Part shown: positions 9,228-18,259 of the stretch, in pieces
Position numbering within the stretch: the stretch's first letter is position 1
Layout of the letters: each line of letters starts with the position of its first letter
From: an uncultured Polyangiales bacterium
GTDB lineage: Bacteria; Myxococcota_A; Polyangia; Polyangiales; DASUME01
DNA length: 39,777 nt
NCBI GenBank assembly: GCA_964398415.1
Contig: CAYNOM010000002.1
Coordinates: 4,292 to 44,068, forward strand
Reading direction: 5' to 3'
Program-made: the position numbers and the translations under genes
Notes under the pieces: model-generated
What the model saw: only the letters and a program-made list of their open reading frames with translations
Database searches by the model: none
What the model was told of the DNA's origin: nothing

Positions 9228-10196
9228 TCAGAATCGCCCCTGCATGCTCACGGAGCCGAGTCCGACCCCAAAGTGAACGCGCGCCGTAGCCGGCGGCTCA
9301 TCCGCCGTGGCTTCGTTCTCGCCACCCATGATCCAAAGCACCACACCCGCGGTGACGGCGCCCAGGGCGACCACGCTCATGATGTCGCTCGTCAGTGCCA
9401 TGCTCTGGGCCGAGTCGCCGAGATCATTCACCTCGCCTGGGTCGGGCAGGGGCTTTTTGAGCTCGGCGCTGCGGTCATCGGCATCGCCCTGGGCCGTGAG
9501 CCCCGCCCACACGGCCACGCCCGCCGCGGCCGCGCCGGCGGCCCAGCTCGCGATGGCGATCTTGCGCTTCAAGGGCAGTGGCTTTCGCTTCTCCGCGACG
9601 ATGGTGGTCTTGACCTCGGGGGCGACCAAGGTGAGCTCCACCTCGATCAAGTCGCCGCCTGCGATGTCCAACACCTGGGAGGCCTCCGCGCCATCGCTGG
9701 TGCGCGCGTACACGCGGTGACGGCCCACGTTGACGGCCACCGTCGAGGGCATGGGCGTGACGCCCGCGCGCTGCTCGTCGATGAAGACCTCTGCGCCGTC
9801 CAGATTCGTCGTCACGCCGATGCGTCCCACGCGCTCGCGCAGGATCTGGAACGCCCGCTCGACGTCTTCGCGCCGCGCTTCTGGAATATCGGCGCCGCCC
9901 TCGGCGAGGTAGCGCTCGTAGCTCTGGGTGGCGCCCAGATAGTCTTGGAGCTGCAGCTTCGTCTGCCCGATGTTGTAGAGCAGGCGGTAGTCGGGAGCGA
10001 CCTCGTTGGCGCGCTCGAATTCGACGAGCGCAGCTCTAAAGGCACCCTCCTGGAACAGGGCCACACCGCGCTGGAAGTGGGCGCTTGCGGTCTTGAGTCG
10101 TTCGTCTTCCGAAGGCGCCTGTGCCGACGTGACAGAAGTGAACAACAGGCTCAGCACGAAGATGACGCTGAAAATCCGAGCGCGTCGTTGACGCAT
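9228..10196 (-). CDS. TPR + PEGA domain protein with C-terminal membrane anchor
   Basis: Internal ATG 10196 gives MRQRRARIFSVIFVLSLLFTSVTSAQA (signal peptide). TPR-like FQRGVALFQEGAFRAALVEFERA...YNIGQ. PEGA-like IGVTTNLDGAEVFIDEQRAGVTPMP. Hydrophobic C-terminal segments. Confidence 0.75.
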   Translation of the reverse strand: MRQRRARIFSVIFVLSLLFTSVTSAQAPSEDERLKTASAHFQRGVALFQEGAFRAALVEFERANEVAPDYRLLYNIGQTKLQLQDYLGATQSYERYLAEGGADIPEARREDVERAFQILRERVGRIGVTTNLDGAEVFIDEQRAGVTPMPSTVAVNVGRHRVYARTSDGAEASQVLDIAGGDLIEVELTLVAPEVKTTIVAEKRKPLPLKRKIAIASWAAGAAAAGVAVWAGLTAQGDADDRSAELKKPLPDPGEVNDLGDSAQSMALTSDIMSVVALGAVTAGVVLWIMGGENEATADEPPATARVHFGVGLGSVSMQGRF

Positions 10197-10416
10197 GGAC
10201 GGGATCCTCTCCTTCAGGTGGCGTGACGATCGAGCGCGAGGCGTCTCGCAGCAACATCGTCTGCACGAGCGTAACAAATCCGACAGCGATGCGAGCGCTT
10301 TGTGTGCTCAACCCGGTGAGTCAATTGTGCGCGTTCACGGTGTTTGGCCGCGCATGTGGGGAGCGCGCGCGTACTCGTCGACCTGCAGCAGGTTTTGGGT
10401 GTACCTTCGCCACCTC

Positions 10417-11022
10417 ATGGCGCCACCACACCGTGTGACCGACCTTCGCGATTTACTCGAGGCCGACGGCAAGCCCGCCGCCCCGGTGCGTAGGCTTGCC
10501 CTGTGGCTCGGCTCCATCGTCGAGTGCGTGACCAGCATGGGCGACCAGGAACGCTGGGTCCCCGTGGCGGTGGGCTGTGCCCATTGTGACGCTGGACGCA
10601 TGGCCCCCCTCGCGGTGCGCTGCGTGGGTCCTGGGATCGAATGGCTGTGCTCCGAGTGCCGGGCCTCCGGCACGCTGCGCGGTTTTCAGGGCACGCCCTT
10701 CGACCTCAGCGACGTGGACGACGACCTGGCCGAAGACGCCGACGTCGCGGTGTTTGCGCGCCTGCCCGAGCTCGACGCGGTGCGCCAACTCGAGCTCTCG
10801 CCAGGCGACCGCCGCGCCCTCTCCCTTGCGGTGCTCGTGCGTGAGCACGTCGTGCTCGGACTGACCACGGCCGAGCTCGCGCATCTCATCGATTCGGTAC
10901 GCCGCGGCGCGGCAGGCGCCACGGGCCCCCTGCGTCACGCTGCCGAGCGTTTCGTGGGTCGTTGCGACGCCGCCCAGCTCATGTTCGAGGCGCGCGGGAC
11001 GCAGACGCCCCTCGTGCACTGA
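10417..11022 (+). CDS. Hypothetical protein with 4-Cys zinc-ribbon-like motif
   Basis: ATG at 10417 (MAPPHRVTDL). CAHC...x23...CSEC motif. Coding-like GC3. No family recognised. The 3' end overlaps the convergent MauE-like gene by 44 nt. Confidence 0.5.
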   Translation: MAPPHRVTDLRDLLEADGKPAAPVRRLALWLGSIVECVTSMGDQERWVPVAVGCAHCDAGRMAPLAVRCVGPGIEWLCSECRASGTLRGFQGTPFDLSDVDDDLAEDADVAVFARLPELDAVRQLELSPGDRRALSLAVLVREHVVLGLTTAELAHLIDSVRRGAAGATGPLRHAAERFVGRCDAAQLMFEARGTQTPLVH

Positions 11023-11428
11023 AGCCGGGGCCCTGGCGCACGAGCGCGATGCTCACGGCCAGCAAGACGAGATTTCGGCCGAGCGTCAGCCAGGTGACCT
11101 GACCGCTGCCTTCGCCGAAGCAGCCGCACTCGATGTCGAGCCCGCGCAGGACGGCGCTCGCGGCAGCCGCGGTGAATCCTACGAGCATGCCGGCAGCGGC
11201 CAGAGCAGCGGGGCGTCGAAGGCCCGCAGGAAAGAACACGATGCCGAGCGCGACGAGCAACTCCGCGGCCGGCAACGTGGCGGCGGCGTAGCCTGCGTAC
11301 TGGGGAAGGAGCTCGTAGCGCGAGATTTCGAGCGCGAAGGCGCTCGGGTCGAGGATCTTCTGCCCACCTGCGTAGAAGAAGAGGCCGGCGAGCAAGAGCC
11401 GCATGGCCCACATCACGGCTTCGCGCAT
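10979..11428 (-). CDS. MauE/DoxX family redox-associated membrane protein
   Basis: Four hydrophobic helices. LLLAGLFFYAGGQKILDP and ECGCFG motifs are typical of the MauE/DoxX family. ATG at 11428; an alternative TTG at 11452 overlaps the upstream stop. Confidence 0.7.
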   Translation of the reverse strand: MREAVMWAMRLLLAGLFFYAGGQKILDPSAFALEISRYELLPQYAGYAAATLPAAELLVALGIVFFPAGLRRPAALAAAGMLVGFTAAAASAVLRGLDIECGCFGEGSGQVTWLTLGRNLVLLAVSIALVRQGPGFSARGASASRAPRT

Positions 11429-11448
11429 GCGGCTTTGGCTCGCCGCGC

Positions 11449-12018
11449 TCAATGGGCGTGCTCCTCACCGCACTGGGGACAGCCGCCCGATGCACAGGCG
11501 AGGTTTGCGTCGCGCCAGGCCGCGAAGCCGCCGTCGAGCACCGCGATGCGCTGATCGGGCGAAGCGAGCCGCTTCTGGAGCTCGCGTGCAACGAGCATGG
11601 CTTCCTCGGTGGAGTTGGCGTAGACGAGCAAGAGGCGCCCTTCGCCCAGACCGCTCTCTGCCACGCGGGCGGCGTCGTCCGAGGCGCTGCAGGGCAAGTG
11701 TAAGGCGCCCGCGATGTGCCCCTGCGCAAAGGCCGAGGCTTTTCGCGCATCGATGATCAACGCAGGCACCTCGCTGCACAGGGTGGCAGCGGCGTTCGCG
11801 CCCAGCACCTCGATCTCACGCAAGGTCGCTGGACCGTCGTCGAGCCCGCACACCACGGGCGCCGCAAAATCGAGCGCAACGCCGTCCGAGCGCACGGCGT
11901 TGAACCCGAGCCCGAGGGCGGCGCCCAGCGCGACGAGCGCGAATGCACGCGTGACGAGCGTCGTCAGGCTGAGGTCTTCGGCGGGCACGGCTCGGCAGTC
12001 TAGCGTAGGCAGAGCCAC
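11449..12018 (-). CDS. Membrane-anchored rhodanese-homology domain protein (active-site Cys replaced)
   Basis: N-terminal TM helix (LVTRAFALVALGAALGLGF). Rhodanese-like core IIDARKASAFAQGHIAGALHLP...LLLVYANSTEEAMLVARELQ...VLDGGFAAW. C-terminal CASGGCPQC. Confidence 0.7.
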   Translation of the reverse strand: MALPTLDCRAVPAEDLSLTTLVTRAFALVALGAALGLGFNAVRSDGVALDFAAPVVCGLDDGPATLREIEVLGANAAATLCSEVPALIIDARKASAFAQGHIAGALHLPCSASDDAARVAESGLGEGRLLLVYANSTEEAMLVARELQKRLASPDQRIAVLDGGFAAWRDANLACASGGCPQCGEEHAH

Positions 12019-12045
12019 TTCTCACGTGCGGCGTCGGCGGCCCCG

Positions 12046-13095
12046 GTGCACGATCGGCGCATGCTCAAGGAGCTCGTTCGTAGCGTGGTTGCGGAGGGTG
12101 CGCGCTGTTCGTGGCTGCTTTCAGCCACGGAGGCTTCGCTCACGCGGCGGCTGACCGTCGTCTGTTACCCCCGCATCCTGCCGGCAGGCGAGAAGGCGGG
12201 CTATTTCCTTCCAGATCTGGTGGTGACGCCCGAGGCGTTCGACGCGCACTGCGCGACCTTCGCCCGGCGCTTTCACGTGCTGCCTCTCGACGCTGCCTAC
12301 GCCGCATTTCGCGCGGGGCAAAGCTTCGAGAGGCCCTTGCTAGCCATCACTTTCGACGACGGCTATGTGGACAACCACGACTTGGCTGCGCCGATTCTCG
12401 CGTCCCACCGCTTGCACGCCACGTTCTTCGTCATCGCAGGCCTCGTGGGCACGTCGCAGGCGCCCTGGTACGACCGCGTGGGTCGCGCCGTCCAGCACCT
12501 GAGTGGGCTCGGACGGGCTGTGAGCGCGGCGGGTGAGCTGCTAGCGCAACCATCTTCGGGCGTGAGTGGACGTGCCCTGGTGCAGAACGCCAAGACCCTC
12601 GCGCCCGAGGCGCGCCGAGAGCTCGTGGAACGTCTCCTCGACGCTGTGGGCGATGCAGAGATCACCGACCGCGATCGCTTGATGAGCTGGGAGCAGGTGC
12701 GCTCGCTCGCGTGCGCCGGACACGAAATCGGCTCCCACTCCGTGTCCCACGAGATCCTGCCTTCGCTCGACGACGCGACGCTGGCGCGCGAGCTCCACGA
12801 TTCGCGCGCGATCCTCGAGCGCGAGCTCGGGCGTCCCGTGACGTCGCTGTGCTACCCCAACGGCGACTACGACGCGCGCACCACGGCGCTCGCAGCCGAG
12901 GCGGGCTATGCCTGTGCGGTGACCACCCAGTGCGGCACCAACCGCTGGGGTGAGCGTCCCTTCGAGCTCAAGCGCTGGTTCATCCACGAAGGACGGCTCT
13001 CGCACCCGGGTGGCCAGCCCTCTTCCGCACAGCTACGACTCGAGCTTGCGGGCCTCGCCGAGCGGGTGTTTCGTCGGTCCGACGCCGCGCGGTGA
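12046..13095 (+). CDS. Polysaccharide deacetylase (NodB homology domain)
   Basis: Motifs AITFDDGYVDNH, HEIGSHSVSHE, LCYPNGDYD. GTG at 12046 or ATG at 12061 as start. Confidence 0.85.
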   Translation: MHDRRMLKELVRSVVAEGARCSWLLSATEASLTRRLTVVCYPRILPAGEKAGYFLPDLVVTPEAFDAHCATFARRFHVLPLDAAYAAFRAGQSFERPLLAITFDDGYVDNHDLAAPILASHRLHATFFVIAGLVGTSQAPWYDRVGRAVQHLSGLGRAVSAAGELLAQPSSGVSGRALVQNAKTLAPEARRELVERLLDAVGDAEITDRDRLMSWEQVRSLACAGHEIGSHSVSHEILPSLDDATLARELHDSRAILERELGRPVTSLCYPNGDYDARTTALAAEAGYACAVTTQCGTNRWGERPFELKRWFIHEGRLSHPGGQPSSAQLRLELAGLAERVFRRSDAAR

Positions 13096-13099
13096 CGTC

Positions 13100-14290
13100 A
13101 TGAAGATCGCCTACCTCACGAGTCTCTACCCCGCTGTCTCCCATACGTTCATCATGCGCGAGGTGCTGTCGTTGCGCGCCCGCGGCCACGACATCGGTAC
13201 CTTCTCGGTGCGTCGTGCCGAGCCAGAGGACATCAAAGGTAAGGACGCCGAGGAGGAGGCTCGCGGCACGCGTTTTCTCTTGCCTCCCGACCCGCGAAAG
13301 TACGCGCAGGCTGCGCGCTGGCTCGCGACGCGCACGGGCCTCGCGTTCGATGCGGGCAGACATCACGCGCTCGCCCAAGCGAGCGGCCTCCGAGATCGTG
13401 CGAAATGGGCCGCTTACTACGTCGAGGCCGTGCAGCTCGCGCACGTTCTGCACAGCGAGGGTTACGAGCACCTGCACTGCCACTTCGGCAACGCCGGCTC
13501 GAACACGGGCATGCTGGCCGCGCGCCTCGCGCGCATTCCGTTCTCGATCACGTGCCACGGCTCCGAGCTCAACGAGCCCGAGAAGTTTCGTCTCGCTCAG
13601 AAGGCGCGCGAGGCCAAGGCCATGGTGTGCGTCAGCAAGTTCGGGCGCGCGCGGCTCATGCACCTCACCGAGCCCGAGCTGTGGCCGCGGTTTCAGGTCG
13701 TCCGTTGCGGCGTCGAGGGCATCGAAGACAGCCCCATGCCTGAGCGAAAGGGCCCTCTTCGCATCGCCTGCGTCGCGCGGCTTTCGGTCGAGAAGGGGCA
13801 CCTCGTGCTGCTCGATGCGGTGTCGCGACTTCGCGCGCGCGGTCTCGCGTTGCGTCTGAGCCTGATCGGTGAGGGGCCCATGCGGGGCGCGATCGAGGCG
13901 CGCGTGCAGAGCTTGGGCCTCGAAGCACTCGTCGAGCTCACGGGGGCCCTCGAGCCAAGACGGGTGGCCGAGCACTATCGTGCCGCTGACCTCGTGGTGC
14001 TCGCGAGCTTCTCCGAGGGCGTGCCCGTGGTGTTGATGGAAGCCATGGCTCACGGGCGCCCGGTGGTGGCCACGCGCGTCGGAGGCGTGCAGGAGCTCGT
14101 GATCCACGAACGCACGGGTCTGACCGTGGCACCGGGCGACGCCGACGAGCTGGCCCAGGCCATCCAGATCATCGCGGACGATCCTGCCCGGGCGGGTGAC
14201 ATGGCCAAGGCGGGAGTCGAGCTCGTGGCGCGCGAGTTCAGCGTGGCGCGTTCGGCGGCACAGCTCGAAGCGCTCTTTGCCGCGCGCTGA
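13100..14290 (+). CDS. Glycosyltransferase family 4 (GT-B fold)
   Basis: Internal ATG 13100 (MKIAYLTSLYP), 4 nt after the deacetylase stop. EX7E region EGVPVVLMEAMAHGRPVVATRVGGVQELV. Confidence 0.9.
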   Translation: MKIAYLTSLYPAVSHTFIMREVLSLRARGHDIGTFSVRRAEPEDIKGKDAEEEARGTRFLLPPDPRKYAQAARWLATRTGLAFDAGRHHALAQASGLRDRAKWAAYYVEAVQLAHVLHSEGYEHLHCHFGNAGSNTGMLAARLARIPFSITCHGSELNEPEKFRLAQKAREAKAMVCVSKFGRARLMHLTEPELWPRFQVVRCGVEGIEDSPMPERKGPLRIACVARLSVEKGHLVLLDAVSRLRARGLALRLSLIGEGPMRGAIEARVQSLGLEALVELTGALEPRRVAEHYRAADLVVLASFSEGVPVVLMEAMAHGRPVVATRVGGVQELVIHERTGLTVAPGDADELAQAIQIIADDPARAGDMAKAGVELVAREFSVARSAAQLEALFAAR

Positions 14291-14291
14291 G

Positions 14292-15503
14292 CTACGAGCC
14301 GTACTTCCAGGGCCAGAAGTGGATGTAAGTGACGTAGCCGGCGAGCGGTTTGACCACGAACGACGTGATCTTCTTGCCGTCGGCCACGCGGGTGAGCGTG
14401 ACATTGCTGTTCACGTCGGTCGGGACGTTCACGACTCCGGCGCGTCCGGCCGTGGTGGCGACCGCATCCACGTCGGGCGTCCAGCCGGAGGTCGGGTAGA
14501 ACGGGGCGGTGCGACAGGTGGCGCTGCCCCCGCCGCAGCCAGCTACCGGCTTGTCCGTCGCGACTGACACGCCCTCGACCTCGCGGTCGCTGCAGTCGAA
14601 GATGCGCATGAGGAGAAAGCCCAGGCTGGGGTCGATCTGTGCCCCCGCGCCGCTCGCCGCAAGATCGCGGAACTGCGGGAGGAACATCAGAATGGGCAAG
14701 GGGTCTTCCGTGACCCCGTAGGCGGGGCGGTACATCAGGTACTCGCCTGGCAGAAGGGGCTCGTTCTGCGGGCTCTCGCCCCGCAGCTGAATGCGAAACA
14801 GCTTGCCCGCCTCCAGGCCCTCGATGACCACGTACCGATTCTCATCGTAGGTCCACTTGACGTTGAACGGGCTGCTGCACGTCGCATCGAGCGGTGCGCA
14901 GACCTTCACGCTCAGGTCTTGGACCCTGACCTGCTCACCTGGTGCGAAAAGCACCTGGAGCCTGAGTGTCGCAGTCTCAGAGCTGTTCTGTGCGCGACGA
15001 GGGTCTTCCACGCCTAGGCAATCCCAGGTGTCGTCCACGCAGGCGCCCGCCTCGCAGGTCGCCGTGGGGCTGTCTCGCGTGCAGTCGGCCTTGGTGCTGC
15101 ACTCAGCCCCGCCACAGCGCTCCTCGGAGCGGATGCAGACCTTCGCACCGTCAAAGGGAGCGCAGTCTTCTGGCGTCTTGCAGGTCGCTGTGGTGGCCCG
15201 CACGCACCGCCCGCTCACGACGTTGCACAGCTCGTTCGAGTCGCAGTCGCCATCCGTCGTCTCGCACTCGGGGGGCTTACACATGCCGTCGATGCAGATG
15301 CCGGGCTGTCTGCAGTCTTCGCTCGTCTCGCAGCCGGTCTTCACACTACAGATCCCCTGGCTGCCACACACGTAGGGAGCCGTGCACTGGGTGTCCTTGC
15401 TGCACTGCTTCTCGTCCGCGTCGATCAATATGGTGCAACCACCAGCCAACAGCGCGAGCACTGCCCAGGGCAGTTCCCACGTTCTATGCGCATTCGCCAA
15501 CAT
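14292..15503 (-). CDS. Cys-rich secreted lipoprotein with five tandem Cys modules
   Basis: Signal peptide plus lipobox WAVLALLAGGC. Repeated C-x3-5-D-C-x4-8-C-x4-6-C modules (CSKDTQC.., CETSEDC.., CETTDGDC.., CKTPEDC.., CSTKADC..). High GC3. Confidence 0.7.
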   Translation of the reverse strand: MLANAHRTWELPWAVLALLAGGCTILIDADEKQCSKDTQCTAPYVCGSQGICSVKTGCETSEDCRQPGICIDGMCKPPECETTDGDCDSNELCNVVSGRCVRATTATCKTPEDCAPFDGAKVCIRSEERCGGAECSTKADCTRDSPTATCEAGACVDDTWDCLGVEDPRRAQNSSETATLRLQVLFAPGEQVRVQDLSVKVCAPLDATCSSPFNVKWTYDENRYVVIEGLEAGKLFRIQLRGESPQNEPLLPGEYLMYRPAYGVTEDPLPILMFLPQFRDLAASGAGAQIDPSLGFLLMRIFDCSDREVEGVSVATDKPVAGCGGGSATCRTAPFYPTSGWTPDVDAVATTAGRAGVVNVPTDVNSNVTLTRVADGKKITSFVVKPLAGYVTYIHFWPWKYGS

Positions 15504-15745
15504 TCGAAATGCCCCCTGGCGTAACTACCGCAAAGCCGCCGCCCCGTGGCCTCGCTCACGCCAGCGTACCAAAGCCCGCGAAGATGCGGCTACTTCTTCT
15601 GGGACCCTGTCACGGATGGGCGATTCGCTGGCCCGCGTCGGCCATCACGGCGCGCGACGTCCATGGCAGGGGAGCCCCAAGTGGGGAGAAGGTCATGCTC
15701 GCCGAATCGTGGTAGCGCTGAGCAGAGCAGGAAAGGAGGAAGGCC

Positions 15746-16093
15746 ATGGCATCCACAGCGCTTCCGACCCAAGCCGAGCGTTACCATCGAACTCGCGTCT
15801 TCACGAGCGTGCCCCTCGGACAGCGGCACGTTCATCGGATGCGACGCGGCACGTGGTCGCGCGTACACGTGCTCGACGGAGCACTCGCCGTCGTCGACGA
15901 CGCGCGGCACGATCGGCACGTGCTGTTTCGCGGGGAGTGGTTCGACCTGCCTCCGGGAGTCGATCACCACGTCGAGCCCTGGGGACCACGCGTGCGCTTC
16001 TTCCTCGATCTGTTCCGTGTGGAACCCCAAGAAAGCACGGGCGACGCAGCGATCATGCGTTGGGAAGGTGAGGGCGGTGCCTCGAACGATTGA
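15746..16093 (+). CDS. DUF1971 (YeaR / TehB C-terminal-like, cupin-like) protein
   Basis: Strong SD AGGAGGAAGG just upstream of the ATG. Pattern HRTRVFT..P.G....H....GTWSRVHVLDGAL...L..GEWFDLPPGVDHHVE...FFLDLF resembles DUF1971 from memory. Confidence 0.5.
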   Translation: MASTALPTQAERYHRTRVFTSVPLGQRHVHRMRRGTWSRVHVLDGALAVVDDARHDRHVLFRGEWFDLPPGVDHHVEPWGPRVRFFLDLFRVEPQESTGDAAIMRWEGEGGASND

Positions 16094-16121
16094 GGGCTGT
16101 TGGCCCGCGCTGCCGTGATCG

Positions 16122-16541
16122 TCACGCCCTGCGTCGCAGGGGGCGCGCGAACGGCGTCGGGACGCCGCGCTTGACTAGGCGTCGTACGCCCGACGCCGAC
16201 TCGGTGAAGACTGGGGGCTCCATGACCGGTTGACCCGACGCCAGCTCGGCAGGTGGGGGTCTGAGCGTGTGCATGTCGTCGAAGTCGAGCTCGCCTCCGC
16301 GGCTCTCGAGGTCGCCGATGACGACGAATCCGCGACGTTGGAGGTTGAACAGGCGCCGGGTCACGAGCACGGCGTCCTCGTCTAGCTCTTCGAGTAAGGT
16401 TGCAAACAGTATGGGCGTCTCGAGCAGGGCGAGCACGCGCTGGCTCTCGGCATCGAGGTCACGTACGAGAGCGGTGTCGAGCGAGCGACTCTTCCAGACG
16501 TGCACGGCGGGGGCTCCACGAAGACGGGGTGTGTCCATCAT
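16122..16541 (-). CDS. Hypothetical protein (downstream of Ser/Thr kinase)
   Basis: ATG-ATG start, coding-like GC3, same strand as and 130 nt downstream of the kinase. No family recognised with confidence. Confidence 0.5.
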   Translation of the reverse strand: MMDTPRLRGAPAVHVWKSRSLDTALVRDLDAESQRVLALLETPILFATLLEELDEDAVLVTRRLFNLQRRGFVVIGDLESRGGELDFDDMHTLRPPPAELASGQPVMEPPVFTESASGVRRLVKRGVPTPFARPLRRRA

Positions 16542-16671
16542 AAGGGACAGGCCGGCCCGTTCGTCTATCCACCCAGCTCACAGAACGGCGCTTTGCGCAA
16601 GAGTTTTTGCGTGGGTAGGCGTGGGCGGTCGTGCACGGTGCAGGTACGTCACCTACAAGCGAGGCTCGTGC

Positions 16672-17694
16672 TCAGTCGTGCTCGTGCAGCATCAACAGCT
16701 CGCTCGCTTCATGCGCGCTCTGCGCGATGGCCGTGCCGTCGGTGGGCGAGTCTTGCGTGCGCAAAAAGCCAGACAGGGCGTCGATCATTTCTGTGGCGCG
16801 CTGAAAGCGGCGCTGCGGATCGCGTGCCAGGGCCTTCTGCACGATCGCCTCGAGTGCCGGCGGCACCTCGGGCCTCAACGCGCGAAGCGACGGCACCTTG
16901 CATTCCATGACACGCAAGGCGGCGTCCACGTCCGTGCCCTTGCCGCCAAACAAGCGTCGCACCGCCAAGGCCTCCCAGAGCGTGACGCCGACGCTGAAGA
17001 TGTCGCAGCGTGGGTCGGGCTTGGGCTGTTCGAACAGCTCCGGCGCCATGTAGGCGATCTTGCCCTTCACGACGTCGGGATCCGTGGTGCCGGGTCGATC
17101 AAGGGCGCGCGAAAGCCCGAAGTCGGTGAGCTTCACGCAGCCGTTGAAGCCGACCATGATGTTGGCGGGCGTCACGTCGCGGTGAATGATCGGTGAAAGC
17201 CGTCCGGTGCTCGTCCGACGCAAGTGTGCCGCAGACAGCGCGCGCAGCACTTCGATCGCGATCGCGGAAACGAGGGTGAGTGGTGGCGCCCTGCGATCGA
17301 GCGAGTAGGCGCGCACGTAGTGGGCGAGCGTCAGGCCCGACACCCACTCCATCACGATGAAGTAGCCGCCCTCGGCGTCGCGACCGAAGTCGTGGATCTG
17401 GGCGATGTTCGGGTGATCGAGCTCGGAGACGATGCGCGCCTCATCCACGAACATGCGCTCGAACTTCTCGTCGCTCACCAGGTGTCGCAGCACGCGCTTG
17501 ATGCCGACCTTGCGTCGAAAGCCCGCTTCACCGTGGGTGTAGCCGAGCCAAACGCTGGCCATGCCGCCTTCGCCCGCGGGGCTCACGGGCTCGTACTTGC
17601 CGCCGAGCAGCAGCGGCGCGCCAGCGCTCGACTCGGACGAGCTCTTCGTCCGCAGCATGGCCGAGTTTGCTAGCGAGTCGCGGCGTCTGCCCAT
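16672..17694 (-). CDS. Ser/Thr protein kinase (Hanks type), kinase domain only
   Basis: G-loop GEGGMASVW, Lys in VGIKRV, catalytic loop HRDVTPANIM, DFGLSR, YMAPE. Confidence 0.9.
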   Translation of the reverse strand: MGRRRDSLANSAMLRTKSSSESSAGAPLLLGGKYEPVSPAGEGGMASVWLGYTHGEAGFRRKVGIKRVLRHLVSDEKFERMFVDEARIVSELDHPNIAQIHDFGRDAEGGYFIVMEWVSGLTLAHYVRAYSLDRRAPPLTLVSAIAIEVLRALSAAHLRRTSTGRLSPIIHRDVTPANIMVGFNGCVKLTDFGLSRALDRPGTTDPDVVKGKIAYMAPELFEQPKPDPRCDIFSVGVTLWEALAVRRLFGGKGTDVDAALRVMECKVPSLRALRPEVPPALEAIVQKALARDPQRRFQRATEMIDALSGFLRTQDSPTDGTAIAQSAHEASELLMLHEHD

Positions 17695-17795
17695 GCTTGA
17701 AGCATACTCGAAGGGTGGGACGGACGGGGTCGCTCCGCGCCAGTCACCCGCGCGTGTGTCCGCCGTTTGTAGGGCGAAACGCTACGCTGTGGACG

Positions 17796-18071
17796 TCAGT
17801 TTTGCAGGCTGTTCTTGATACGCTCGTAGCCGGTCTTCAGCTCATCGAACAGGCCCCGCGCCGCCGCGCCGAGCTCCTTCAGGGGCTCTTTGGCGTCGCC
17901 GCTCACGCGCTTCAGCTCGTCCTGCACGCTGAGCCAGTTCTTCTCAAGCTTCGCCCATTCGTCCTTCGCATCGGCCTTGGCGAGGTGCATCTGCACCTTC
18001 AGCTCGTCGCGCATCTTGGTCAACAGCTCGAGCTCGCGCTCAAGGGTCTCCTTGTAGCGATTGGTGTCCAT
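17796..18071 (-). CDS. Small coiled-coil protein
   Basis: Internal ATG 18071 (MDTNRYKETLERELELL...). Heptad-like charged helical sequence. Same strand as and upstream of the kinase. Confidence 0.55.
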   Translation of the reverse strand: MDTNRYKETLERELELLTKMRDELKVQMHLAKADAKDEWAKLEKNWLSVQDELKRVSGDAKEPLKELGAAARGLFDELKTGYERIKNSLQN

Positions 18072-18259
18072 GGTCACGCCCTTTCGTGGCCCGCACGGGA
18101 CGGGCATTGTCTGTAATACAACCTATGCACCATGACGCGATGCGCAATGGGGCACACCCGTCTTTCTTGGCGTGAGGGGGCGGCCTGCCCGCATTTGTCC
18201 CGCTTTCCGCGGCCTGGAAATGATGTTAGTGAGTAATCACTACAGTTGTGGAGGATCCG

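Noticed and set aside
12980-14404. 474-aa minus-strand ORF
   Set aside because: It is antisense to the GT4 glycosyltransferase, which has clear EX7E and Rossmann-like motifs. Its composition is Arg-rich and low-complexity.
15590-16030. 146-aa minus-strand ORF competing with the DUF1971-like call
   Set aside because: The plus-strand ORF 15746-16093 has a strong AGGAGGAAGG SD and a family-like motif pattern. The minus-strand product has neither.
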